Assembly: GCF_963921235.1 (NCBI RefSeq)
Contig: NC_086109.1
Coordinates: forward strand, 5,644,001-5,708,000
Direction of reading: 5' to 3'
DNA from: Mobula hypostoma
Taxonomy: Eukaryota
DNA: 64,000 nt
The number at the start of each line of letters is the position of its first letter. Position 1 is the stretch's first letter. The notes beneath the pieces were generated by a model. The model was given only the letters and a program-made list of their open reading frames with translations. It made no database searches and was not told where the DNA came from. This document shows positions 38,675 to 51,298 of this stretch, in pieces. The position numbers and the translations under genes were made by a program.

Positions 38675-39105
38675 CACTTGTTGGCTTTTGGCCTATACTC
38701 GCTGGAGTCTAGAGGAATGAAGGGGGACCTCATTGAATCCTATTGAATATTGAAAGACTTAGATAGAGTGAATGTGGAGAGGATGTTTCCTATAGTGGGA
38801 GAGTCCAGGACCAGACGGCACAGCCTCAGATTACAAGGGCAACCCTTTAGAACAGAGATGAGGAGAAGTTTCTTTAGCCAGAGGGTATTGACTCCGTGGA
38901 ATTGATTGCCACAATTAGCTGTGAAATCACTGGATATACTTAAACCAGAGGTTTAGGCTCAAATTAACAAGGTGTCAAAGGTTCCAGAAAGAAGTCAGGA
39001 GAATGGGGTTAAGAGGGATAGTAAATCAGCCATGATGAAATGGCGGAGTGGACTCAATGGGCTGAATGGCCTAATTCTGCTCCTATGTCTTACGGTCTTA
39101 TGGGT
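38675..39105 (+). mobile_element. Degenerate CR1 3' fragment
   Basis: Similar to 9658-10162 and to the 3' end of the 58-62 kb CR1. Confidence 0.75.
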
Positions 39106-41202
39106 AAATCATCTTCAATAAAGCAAATTTGAAACGTTTTTTAGACTAATTCCACAGCTTAGAGCTCAACAAGGATGTTGCCGGGGACTTGTGGACTGGA
39201 GTTATAGGGACATGATAGGTTAAGGGTGAAAGATGAAGGGAAACCCGAGGGGGAGCTTCTTCACTCAGAAGATGTTGAGGGAGTGGACGAGCTGCCCGCG
39301 GAAGTGGCGGATGTGGGTCTGATTGCAACATTTAAGAGAAGTTTTTGATAGGTACATCGATGGGAGGGTTACGGGGGTGACGGTCCAGGTGTAGATCGAC
39401 GGGACTCAGCAGAATGACAACTTGGCATGGACTAGATGGGCCAAAGGGCCTGTTTCTGTGCTGTAGCACTCTATGGCTCCATGACTCTAACTCTACATCA
39501 TAGTTAGAACAGGGAAGGGTATAGCAATATTTTAGGGCATGTTGATATCAGGAAAGAGCAAACCCGTTTTCAAGTCCCCGGGCCTGATGGGACCCTTCCC
39601 TGGTAATTGAGAGTGGCAAGAGAGGAGATTCCTGAGGCCATGGTGGAGATCATTATTTCTCCTTTAGCCACAGGCGATTTGAGAATAGTCAGTGTCATTC
39701 CTCTGTTTAAGAAGGGAAATAGAGATATCAAGAAAATTATAGGCCAGTGATCCTTTCACCAGGGTAAGGCAGCACATTAGTGTAGCAGTTAGTGCAACAT
39801 GTTACCGCACCAAATCGGGGTTCAGTTCCTGCGGCTGCCTGTAAGGAGTTTGTACGTTCTCCCCACGACCGTCTGGGTTTCTTCTGGGTGTTCCGGTTTC
39901 CTCTCACGTTCAAAAGATGTGCGGTCAGGGTTTGTATGTTGTGGGCAAGCTGTGTTGGGGCTGGAAACGTAGCGACACCAGCACAACCCTCATTGAATTC
40001 TCTGGATACAGAACGATGCATTTGACTCTATGTTTCAATGAGGTTGTAACAAATCAGAATCAGACTCAGGTTTAATATCATTGGCATATGTCGTGAAGTT
40101 TGTTGGTATGTAACAGCAGTACATTGCAAGACATAATAATAAAAAACTGTACAGTAAATTACTCAGGAGGATTCTTGGAGACCAGCATGTGGCCATATTT
40201 GGAAGATCACTGATTTATTAGACATAGTCTGCACAGCTTTCTGTGGGGAAGGTCATGTCTTACAAACTTGGTTGAGTTCTTTAAGGAAATGATGAGATTG
40301 GTTAGGCTAGGGCAGTGGATCTTGTCTGCAGGGATTTCAGTAAAGCATTTGTCAAGGTCCCTGCTGGTAGGCTGACCCAGAAGGTTAAGTCACATGGCAT
40401 CTACAGTGATTTCGTAGAATGGGTTGATATGGTAGTGTCGTGGTTAGCAGAAAGCCAGCGAACTGGGTTCAATTTTCATCTCTATCTATAAGGAGTTTGT
40501 ACTTTCGCCCCTTGACCTCATGGTCTTCCTCCCACAGTCCAAGGACGTACCAGTTGGTAGGTTAATTGGTTATGGTAAATTGCCCCGTGATTAGGCCTGG
40601 GTTGATCAGGGGATTGCTGGGCTGAACAGCTTGCAGTCCAGGAGGGCCTATTTTGTGCCGTAGTCCAATAAATATGCAAATAATCTTGGTTGTAGACAAC
40701 AGAAGGTTGGGGTGAAAGCATTAAGAGATTAGCTCTGTTTGTCACTTTTACATTGAAACATCAAATCAAACAGTGAAATTCATCATCTGTGTGAAGTTAA
40801 ACCAGTGAGGATTGTAGGGCTGCGCTGGGCAGCCCGCTATGTTAGTGTAACACTGTGCAGTGCCAGCGATCTAGAATCAGGGTTCTTTTTCTGCCGGACT
40901 CTGTAAGGAGTTTGCACATTCTCCCACTGACCGTGTGCGTATCCTCCCACAGTCCAAAGATGTACCGGTTAGGGTTAGTGAGTTGTGGGCATCGGAAACA
41001 TGTCTGCATACCGACACTTGTGGGCTGACCCCAGCACATCCTCGGACAGCGATGGTTTGTTGACTCAAATGATACTTTCACTGTGTGTTTCAGTTTTCGA
41101 TATACAAGTGACAAAGCTAATCTAGATTGTTTTATCTTTATCAACTTTTCCAGCCCTGAGATTTCTGAACCCACGCACTTCTGCCCTCTTAATTAGATAA
41201 AG

Positions 41203-41483
41203 TCTGTCCCGAGCCTTGCGGCCCATCAGGCTGGCGCTTATGCCGGCTTCTGTGGCGTGAAGACTGAGAGTACGAGACCCCCCCCCCCCGCCCGGAAAGG
41301 ACGCCAGTCTATCGCAAGGTTAACCCCCGGCATTTGCCTGTACCCATTTTCATCTGGTTGGACTGGAGCAGTGTGTGGTTAAGTGCCTTGCTCAAAGACA
41401 CAACACGCTGCCTTGGCCGAGACTCGATCCCACAACCGTCAGATCGTGAGCCCAACGCCCTAACCACTTGGCCACGCGCCACG
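41203..41483 (-). mobile_element. tRNA-derived SINE, CpG-rich and probably young
   Basis: Head GGCGCGTGGCCAAGTGGTTAGGGCG...GGATCGAGTC and the same central block as 23580-23885, with a different tail. Confidence 0.7.
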
Positions 41484-41819
41484 CCCTTTTAATTACTCCA
41501 ACATAATTCATCATAATACGAGGGGTATAATTTTAAGGTGATTGGAGGAACATATTGGGGGGAATATCAGAGGTAAGGTTTTGACACAGAGATTGGTGGG
41601 AACATGGAATGCCCAGCTGGGGGTAGTGGCAGATACATTCGGGATATTTAAGGCACTATTAGATAGGCACATGGAAGCTAGAAAAGTGAAGGGATCCTTA
41701 GGAGGAAAGTATTAGATTGATCTTTGTAGGGAAGGAGAAAATCATATGATTTGCAGAATTGGAGAGGACACTCAACCCATCAAGTCCATGATAGCTCCTT
41801 AGACCATAAGATCATAAGA

Positions 41820-42087
41820 CTGCACTCACATCAGCACTGGCCAACAATACACATCAATGCTGGCTGACTGTACTCATCAACACCGGCTGACTGTACATAC
41901 CAGCACTGGCCAACTATACACATCAACACTGTCCGACTGTACATATCAATGCTGGCCGACTGTACACATCAACACTGTCCGACTGTACACATCTACACTG
42001 GCCGACTGTACATATCAATGCTGGCCGACTGTACACATCTACACTGGCCAACTGTACAGATCAACATTGGACAACTACACCCTCATC
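41820..42087. repeat. 23-bp minisatellite, about 11 copies
   Basis: Unit CTGTACACATCAACACTGGCCGA with alternating variants. Confidence 0.85.
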
Positions 42088-42719
42088 AAGAGAGCCAGGC
42101 AGATGAACAGATGATAACTGGTGACTAAAAATTCCAACAGATAATTGGAAGTTTAGGATACCAGCAGACCCCATGAGGAGCAAAGCTCTGTGTGAGCTGA
42201 GATAACAGAAAAGAACGGATGAGAGAGAGAGAGAGAGAGAGAGGGTGGGGGAGAGAGAGGGAGAAAGAGGGAGAGGGAGCGGAGAGGAAGAGGGAGAGAG
42301 ACTGGACGAAAGTGAGAATGAGGGAGAGAAAGAGTGAGAGGAAAAATGAAAGTGAGAGATTGAGGAGAGCGAGAAAAAGACAGAGCAAATGAGAGAGTGA
42401 GTGGAAAGAAAACAAGCCAGAGAGTGAGAAAGAGAGAAACAAAGGAATGACAGTGCAATAGGCAGAATGATTTGCTAACTTAACCACAAATTTACTTGCC
42501 TGGCCTGCCGATACGTCTCACAGTATAGAAGGAACTGTAATATGGACAACACTGCTGTAACAGAGGCTCTGTGCACCTGCGCACTGTCCTCGGGGCCTTC
42601 GAGTGCTTATTATCAAACACACTAAAAGCACTGAGAACGGCTGAACGATGTTTGTATGATCGTGGTATTTGATGCTAAAAGGAGCTCAGCTGTCAGCAAC
42701 AAGAGATTAACTGGAGATG

Positions 42720-43220
42720 AACACCAAAGATTCTGCAGATTGCACGTTTCACCCAAAACACGGATTCTTTATTCATCTCCATAGATGCTGCCTGACCTGC
42801 TGAGTTCCTCCAGCATTCTGCGTGCGGTGTTCTGGATCTCCAGCACCTACAGAACCTCTCACGTTTAAATTTTGCAGATGCCGGAAATCCAATGCGATAC
42901 ATACAATTTACTGGAGGAACTCAGCAGGTCAGGCGGCATCTATGGAGGGGAATAAACAGCTGATGTTTCAGCTGGACTGGAAGGGAAGGAAGAAGCCAGA
43001 ATAAGAAGGTGGGAGGAGGAGGAGGAGTACAAGCTGGAAGATGATAGGTGGAAAAGGCAGAAGGAGAAGGAAGCTAATGGGAGAGGAGAGCGGAACATGG
43101 AAGAAAGGGAAAGGGAAGGGGACCCAAAGGGATTTGATGGACAAGTAAGAAGAGAAGAGGTGAGAGAGTAACCAGAAAAGGGAATGGAAAAAGAGGGAAG
43201 TGGGAGGAGAAATCAGGGAA
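42720..43220. mobile_element. Two oppositely oriented degenerate Penelope pLTR fragments
   Basis: GATGCTGCCTGACCTGCTGAGTTCCTCCAG at about 42784 and its reverse complement at about 42911-42940. Confidence 0.65.
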
Positions 43221-43313
43221 ATAGAAGTTCAAGGAAGAGAGACCTGGTTAGTCACAAGAATTCATGCCCCAATGGCTCATCACTGAGGATACACTGGACA
43301 CAACATTTATGTA

Positions 43314-43862
43314 CATTCAGTGGCCACTTCATTTGGTACACCTGTATACCTGCTCATTAATATCTAATCAGCCAATCATGTGGTAGCAACTCAATACATA
43401 AAAGCATGCAGACATGTTCAAAGGGTTCAGTTGTTGTTCAGACCAAACTTCTGACTGGGGAAGAGCTGTGATCTAAATAACTTTGACAATGGAATGTTTG
43501 TTGGTGCCAGACAGGGTGGCCTGAGTATTTCAGAAACTGCTGATCTCCTGGAATTTTCATGCACAGCAGTCTCTCGAGTTTGCAGAGAACGGTGTGAAAA
43601 GCAAAAAGAAAAAACATCTGTGGGCGAGAATGCCTTGTTAATGAGAGAGATCAGAGGTGATTGGACAGACTGGTTCAAGCTGACAGGAAGGTGACAGTAA
43701 CTCAGACAACCAGGCGTTACAACAGTGGTGTGCAGCAGAGCATCTCTGAACACACAATGTGCCGAACATTGGGGTGGGTGGGCTACTGCAGCAGAAGACC
43801 ATGAACAGATAGTGGACACTTTATCAGGTACAGGAGATACCTGATAAAGTTACCACTGAGTG
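43314..43862 (+). mobile_element. Non-autonomous Tc1/mariner derivative
   Basis: TA-flanked imperfect TIRs CATTCAGTGGCCACTT...AAGTTACCACTGAGTG. Transposase HTH remnant VGARQGGLSISETADLLEFSCTAVSRVCRE. Confidence 0.82.
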
Positions 43863-44559
43863 TAAGTATGCAGTGGGTATACAAGCAGTGAGTGACAGAG
43901 AGAAGGGGAAAGATAACCCAGTGTCAGTTGATAGCTGGGTGAAGCAGTACAACTCCGGGGACCCGGGTTCAATTCTAAATTTGGTGCTCATAAGTAGACA
44001 TGCCAGCAACCATAGCGCTTGGCCTGTGTGAGACTGAATGAGTCAGAAACCACAGTGAAATATTTGTATCAGCACCTGCCAGGACTCGTGAGGACTTTCA
44101 GATTTCCCCTACACTTCCTCTCCCCGACTAAGTCCTTGTGACAGTTAGTGTTGCAGGATTCTGCAACAACAACTCAAAGATTCAAAGTATGTGTACAGAA
44201 TAAAACTCTGAGATTTATCTTCCCACAGGTAGCCACAACAAAAAGAAACAACCATGGAGCTCATTCAAGAAAACATCAAACATCCAACGTGTGAAAAAAA
44301 AGAACTAACTGCCCAAAAGCGAACAAGCAACACATAGAATAAAAAACATCAAACCGGTAGTAATCAGTTTAGTTCAGTTCAGCGCCACACTGTCAGCCAT
44401 TTCAGGACACAGGGCCATGCTTCACCAAAGTGCCCCGGTCCGCATCGATTGCCCTGATCAAACAGCTCCTAAACAGCAAAAAAGAAAAGAGTTTCTCGCG
44501 TTTTAAAAACAGGGTAACCAGAATCCAGGAACACATGCAACATGAGCCCCAAAACGGCC

Positions 44560-44970
44560 TCTGATGGCAGAGAAGAAACGTTCCTAAATTGATGAGTGTG
44601 GGTCTTCAGCCTTCTGTTCCTCCTCCCTGAAAGTAGTGATGAGAAGATGGTGGATCAACTAGCATACTGGATGGTGAAGGTCCTCGGTGATGGGTGCCAC
44701 CCTCTTGAGGCGCTGCCTTTAGAAGAGTTCCTCAAAGGTGGAGAGGCAAGTGCCCGTGATGGGCCTGACTGAGTTTACAACGCTCCGAGGCTTTTTCCGA
44801 TCCTGTGCAGTGCCGCCTCCGTGCCACACGGTGACGGAACCAGTCGGAATGTTCTCCACAGGACATCTGTAGAAATTTGCTGGAGTCTCTGGTGACTTAC
44901 CAAACCTTCTCAAACTCCTAATCAAATATAGCTGCTGGCGTGCCTTCTTTGGAATTCCATCAATGTGTTG
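44560..44970 (-). mobile_element. Rex1-type LINE 3' fragment
   Basis: Encodes IRSLRRFG...NFYRCPVENIPTGSVTVWHG. Confidence 0.7.
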
Positions 44971-45476
44971 GGATGTGCTGGGATATTCTTGGGATCATTT
45001 CTGTGAACCTCTTCTGAACCATCACCAGTCCAGCATATCTTTCCTTAACTACAGGACTGAGAACTGCTCACAATACTCCAAATATAGTCTGAACAATACC
45101 TTATAAAGCCTCAGCAGTATGTCCTTACTTATTCTAGTTTGGGTTACTGAATTAAACGTCTGGTGTGTAACAGAGAGTTACATAGATTTAACTCTTGTGG
45201 AAGTTTTAAGATGTAAGTTTTAGATTCATTTATTTACCACATGTACATCAAAACATATAGTGAACTGCGTCATTTGCGTTAACAACCAACACAGCCCAAG
45301 GATGAGCTGGGGGCAGCCCACAAATGTTGCTACACATTCTGGCGGCAACATAACACGTCCACAATGTTCAGCAGAACAATGCCAGATCAGAAGTCCTGTG
45401 TCCTGCATTCTGTGTCCAGTCACACCAACAAAACTACACAACAATTGAAAATCAAGCCCTGTTCCACCCTCCCACG

Positions 45477-45519
<43 letters not shown>

Positions 45520-45523
<4 letters not shown>

Positions 45524-45960
45524 CTTCAAACCTAGGACAGGCCTTTCCCACCCTCCCTCCCATTCAAACTTACAGACAGGCCTCCAAACCCAGGATAAGC
45601 CTCTTCCCACCCTCCCTCCCACTCAGACACATAGACAGGCCTCCTCCCACCCACTCACACAGATGGATAGGCCTTCAAACCCAGGACAGGCCTCTCCCAC
45701 CCTCCCACCCATTCACACTTACAGACAGGCCTCCAAACCCAGGATAAGCCTCTTCCCACCCTCCCTCCCACTCACACACATAGACAGGCCTCCTCCCACC
45801 CACTCACACAGATGGATAGGCCTTCAAACCCAGGACAGGCCTCTCCCACCCTCCCACCCATTCACACTTACAGACAGGCCTCCAACCCCAAAATAAGCCT
45901 CTTCCCACCCTCCCTCCCACTCACACACACGCAGACGGGCCTCCAACGCCAGGACAGGCC
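45520..45960. repeat. 149-bp tandem repeat (about 3 copies) following a (CA)n tract
   Basis: Near-identical ORFs start at 45663 and 45812 (period 149). Built from shorter ACAGGCCTC...CCCACCC subunits. Confidence 0.85.
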
Positions 45961-47867
45961 ATCTTTGGGTGTGATTCACGGACTCATGGACTCTGACTGC
46001 CCCAGTGGAAATGCAGACTTGCAGTCTCAGGACTTTGCCTTTTAGCCTTTGACTTCCAGATTCCTGATCGACGTTCCCTCTATTTTTTTATATAGCTGCA
46101 TGGATCAACCATTGCTCTGAATAGGAACTTTATACATGGCCTGAAAACTGTGCAGCACTATATTTTGGTACTATGCATACTCTTAATACTTAGAATGAAA
46201 GCTGAAGATTCACATACTGTTAATTTTATTTATTAAGTGAAGGGTATGATAAAATACAGTGCAATAAAGAAAATCTTTCATGTTCGTAAACTTGTTCTTG
46301 TCTGTCTTTATTCCAGCTGCTTGGCAACGAAGGCTATGTTCAAGGGAGCATTTCAGTTACTGTGCGGCCATGCACCCACACAGCTTAGAGGGAACAGAGT
46401 TTCTGATCAGCCTTCCGGCTTAAGATTTTTGCTATTGATTGAAAATCGAATATTCGGTATTTTACGGTTTCTTGCGAAGGACAGGTGGAATCTCCAGTCA
46501 GCCTCTGTTCCAGGTGAAATGCCTGCCTGAGGTACAGGCCTACTCCCCTCAACCTCCAGATCACATGACATAGCATTTACTGTGCTTTCTTGTCTTTTAC
46601 CTTTGAAAATTACTGTACGTCATTTTTTCCATTATTGGCCTGTAGTAATAATCAGAACAGTTCTGCAGACACTGGAAATCTAAATGAAAACAAACCAAGC
46701 TGGAAACAGTCAGCAGATCAGACAGCATCTGAGGAGAGAGAAAGTGAGTTAATGTTTCAGATGGGAGATCCTTCATCGGATCATTAGTTTGATTGAACCA
46801 CTATCTCTTTATCTCTCTCTACCGATGTAACCTGACCCATAAGACCATAAGACATGGAGCAGAATGAGGCCATTCATCCCACTGGGCCTGCTCTCCCATT
46901 TCATCATGGCTGATTTATTTTCCCCCTCAACCGAATTCTCCAGCTTTCTTATGTAATCTTTGACGTCCTGACTAATCAAGAACCCATCAGCCTCTGCTTT
47001 AAATATACCCAATGACTTCCATCTGAATTCCACAGAGTCACCACCCTCCCACTGTTTCCAGTGCCTTCCTTTTTTTAAAAATTTAAAATAAAATAGCATT
47101 TTACCACTGTGATCTTTATATTGATCTAATGGAAATTATATGCATAGGTATAAATCTTCGATCTAAATTTTTTTGCCTTCTTGACGTGCAAGTTATTTCC
47201 TGTTCATTTCTGCTGAGTCTTGACCAGATAGAAAACGGAATCCTTTGAGTTAATCTTTTGACATTTCAATACTCAGTAGTCAATGATGTTCGTATTTTAC
47301 AATATTAAAGAACACACACTTCAATAATTGAGGTTTGATTTCTCATCTAAGCTCTTACACATCTGGAAAATTAACATTTCCTTCATGAATCATGTGCAAC
47401 GTAGCAAAACAGATGGCAGCAGGAATAACAGCAAGTACACAATGAGTCACGTTCAGAGATGAAAAGATAATCACCAAAGCTGAGGTCGAAGGGGACAGCG
47501 TTACAGATGAGAGTGATTGATAGATAGATAGATAGATCGATAGAGAGAGAGTGACAGTGAGTGAGCGAGAGAGACTTTTTCCCGGGGTGAAATACAGGAA
47601 GGCATAACTTCAAGGTGATTGGAGGAAATGACAGCAGGAATGTCAGAGGTAGGTTTTTCCACAGAGTAGTGGGTGCCTCCTTCACCCTGTCAGCGGAGGA
47701 GCTAGAGGCAGATACGTTAGGGAATATTTAAGAAGCATGGATGATAGGAAAATAGAAGGCATTAGGGAAGGGAAGGGTTAGACTGATCTTACAATAGGTT
47801 GAAGGGCTGGCACAGCATCATAGGCCAAAGGGCCTGTACTGTGCTCGGCTGTACTATGATCTATGTT

Positions 47868-48232
47868 CTAGATAGATAGATAGAGAGAGAGAGAAAGAGA
47901 AATCGGGGGGGGGCAGTGAGTGAGGCGGTGGGAGGGAGAGAAAGAGCGAGAAACCAAGATAGATAGATAGATAGATAAAGAGAGAGGGAGAGGAAATGAG
48001 AGTGATAAAGAGAGAGGGAGAGAGAATGAGAGAGTGAAAGAGGGAGAGAGAGATGGAGGGAGAGAGAGAAAGAAAGAGAGAGGAAGAGAGAGAGAGAGAG
48101 AGAAACCAAAATAGATAGATAGATAAGGAGAGAGGGAGAGATAATGAGAGTGATATATAGAGAGAGAGAGATGGTAGGAGGCAGAGGGAGAAAGAGAGAC
48201 AAAGGGAGGAAGGGATAGAGAAAGAGAGAGAT
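47868..48232. repeat. (GA)n/(GATA)n purine-rich low-complexity tract; similar tract at 42220-42440
   Basis: Direct inspection. Confidence 0.85.
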
Positions 48233-49434
48233 TGAAAGGTTTAGGGAGAGAATTCAAACATTCAGCAGTTGATGATACAGTCCAGGAGCAGTGATGGAAA
48301 CTAGGAATATTCAAACAGTTTGAACTGAGGAGCTCAGAGATCTGGTGGGTGCTGGGGCTGGAAGCGGTTACAGGAATGACAAGAGACAAGGTCGTGGAGG
48401 TATTTCTGCACTGTGCATTTTCCAGAAGTAGAAGTGGCCAAGTTGAGGATTTTAGTTATTTGGAGTTACAGTGTAGAACAGGCCCTTCTGGCCCAATGAT
48501 CCACAGCTCCCAGCAACCCATCTTTCCACAAAAATGTCTTTGGACATTTTTGGAAAAATCAGCAGCATATACAAAGTTCGGCAGTGGGGAAACAGGAATG
48601 GAGCCAGGGAAATTGAGGAGGAGACACAAGAGAGAATGAGATGCTGGAGTCTGAAGCAGAACGCCACCCGTCAGAGGAACTCGGTGGGTCGAGCAGCATC
48701 TGTGAGGGGTGAGGAATTGTTGAGGATCTAGGTCATCGCCAAGCTTCAGTATTCAACGGGAAATTCAAACTCAAAGCAGGAGTGGATTGGATTGTACTAT
48801 TATGTGAATATCCAAGATGTGTTTAAAATAAGTTTAGCATCATCATCTATTCAAATTTCAAAGTTCAAAGTAAATTTACTATCAAAGTACATACAGTCAA
48901 TATGTTTCAATTCAATTTAAGTTTAATTGTCATTTAACCATTCATGAGTACTCATGAATACGGCCAAATGAGACATTGTTACTTGAGGATCGAGGTACAA
49001 AACAGAGTACCAACAGTCATACCCAGCTCAAACCACTCACAAGATAGCAATCACAAATAGTATCACAATCATGTAACAAAAGAGCCCAAACTTGTGCCAT
49101 CAATCCATATTCGAGCACAATAGAGCCCTTCTTCTGCTGAGTGAACACTAGGGGGTTATACGTGACACCATATGCAACTCTGAGATTCATTTTCTTGTGG
49201 GCATACTCAATAAACCCATGCGATGGAAACTCCACGGAGGCACCGCTGGCACACAGAATCAGACAAACAGCATTCACAAGAAGAACATCTGTTAAATGTA
49301 AATTATGCACAATTTTTACAAGAAAGAACACAATTTAAACCAAAAAAAAACTACAGTCAATTTCAGTGAGAAGCGATCAAAGTCCAAAGTAAGTTTATTA
49401 TCAAAGAGCATGTATGTCACCATAAACTCCGGAG

Positions 49435-49905
49435 ATTCTGATGATGCTGGAGATCCAAAGTGACGCACGCAGAATTCCGGAGGAGCTCAGCAGGCCAGGC
49501 AGTACTCATAGAAACGAACGGACAGTCGACGTTTCGGGCCGAGGCTCCTCTTCAGGACTGCGGAAAAAAGGGGGAGGTGCCAGAACAAAAAGGTGGGGGA
49601 GAGGGGAAGGAGGCAAGCTGGGAGGTGATAGATGAAGCCAGGTGGGTGTGAAAGGTAACGGGCTGGAGAAGAGGGAATCTGATAGGAGAGAAGAGTGACC
49701 AATCGGAGAAGGGGAAGGAGGAGGGATCCGGGGGGGGGTGGGGGAGGTGATAGACAAGTGAGAGGAGATAAAAGTTAGATTGTGGAATAGAGGAAGAGGT
49801 GGGGGGGGGGTTTGTAATTTGTTTAACAGAAGGAGAAATCAATATTCACGCCATCAGGTTGGAAGCTATCCAGATGAAAGATATGGTGTTGCTTCTGCAG
49901 CCTGA
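49435..49905 (-). mobile_element. Penelope-like element 3' fragment
   Basis: Reverse-complement homologue of 24840-25255. Confidence 0.78.
49523..49560 (-). ncRNA. Minimal hammerhead ribozyme motif
   Basis: cagtc-CTGAAGA-g-gagcctcggccc-GAAACGTC-gactg. 5-bp stem I; one mismatch in stem II. Confidence 0.65.
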
Positions 49906-50464
49906 GGAGTCATCTGTGCCAAGATGCAGTCACTCAAGGTGGAGGATGGTGTTTGGCTTTATTAACACCAAATGAAGCTTGTTCCTCACTTAGCTGGTGC
50001 CTCATTCCTTCCACAGTTAAATCATTCCTGCTCCTTACCTTTATGGACAAGGTCCCCTGTGATTATCCCCTGATCCCATTCGAAACGTGACCCTCAGGGT
50101 CGACAGTGCACCATGCACTGCGGGCAAGGCAGAAGGTAACTGTGATGCAGACCAGAATGACTGAAAGGCCTGGCCAGAGTGGAAGTGGAGAGGGTATGTC
50201 CAGCAGCGAGGGAGTCCAGGACCAGAGGGCACAGCCTCAGAAAAGAAGGGTGTCTCTTTAGAACAGAGATGAGGAGATATTTCCTTACCCTGGGAAAAGA
50301 CTGTGCACGTAAACCGTATCCGTGTCCGTTTTGATGTTATAACAGTCACCCCTCATTCTCATCGATGATTAAAAAAAATGGAGGGCTCTGTGGGAGGGAA
50401 GGGCTAGATTGATCTTGGTTAAACAGTCATCACAACCTCATGTGCCGAAGGACCTGTACTGGTC

Positions 50465-51298
50465 AATAACCATATAACCATAACCATATAATTACAGCAC
50501 GGAAACCGGCCATCTCGGCCCTTCCAGTCCGTGCTGAACTCTTATTCTCACCTAGTCTCATCGACCTGCACTCAGTCCAGAACCCTCCATTCCTTTCCTG
50601 TCCATATATCTATCCAATTTAACTTTAAACGAAAACATCGAACCTGCCTCAACCACTTCTGCTGGAAGCTCGTTCCACACAGCTACCACTCTCTGAGTAA
50701 AGAAGTTCCCCCTCATGTTACCCCTAAACTTTTGCCCTTTAACTCTCAACTCATGTCCTCTTGTTTGAATCTCCCCCATTCTCAATGGAAAAAGCCTATC
50801 CACGTCAACTCTATCAATCCCCCTCATAATTATAAACACCTCTATCAAGTCCCCCCTCAACCTTCTACCCAAAGAATAAAGACCTAACTTGTTCAACCTT
50901 TCTCTGTAACTTAGGAGATGAAATCCAGGCAACATTTTAGTAAACCTCCTCTGTACTCTCTCAATTTTGTTGACATCTTTCCTATAATTCGGTGACCAGA
51001 ACTCTACACAATGCTCCAAATTTGGCCTTACCAATGCCTTGCACAATTTCAATATTACATCCCAACTCCTATACTCAATGCTCTGATTAATAAAGGCCAG
51101 CAAACCAAAAGCTTTCTTCACCACCCTATCCACATGAGATTCCACCTTCAGGGAACTATACACCATTATTCCTAGATCCCTCTGTTCTACAGCATTCTTC
51201 AATGCCCTACCATTTACCATGTATGTCCTATTTTGATTAGTCCTACCAAAATGTAGCACCTCACATTTTTCAGCATTAAACTCCATCTGCCATCTTTC
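50465..51298 (-). mobile_element. Young CR1 3' fragment with (TGGTTA/TGGTTATA)n tail
   Basis: Open 242-aa ORF 50558-51286 matching CR1 RT C-terminus. Confidence 0.9.

Noticed and set aside
41820..42087. Possible CRISPR-like array (also considered for the 18-bp and 149-bp repeats)
   Set aside because: Contiguous tandem units without unique spacers, no cas genes, and eukaryotic context.
47861..48389. Leu/Ser-rich ORFs (also 42125-42487 and 33448-33798)
   Set aside because: Translations dominated by (GA)n and (CA)n microsatellite tracts.
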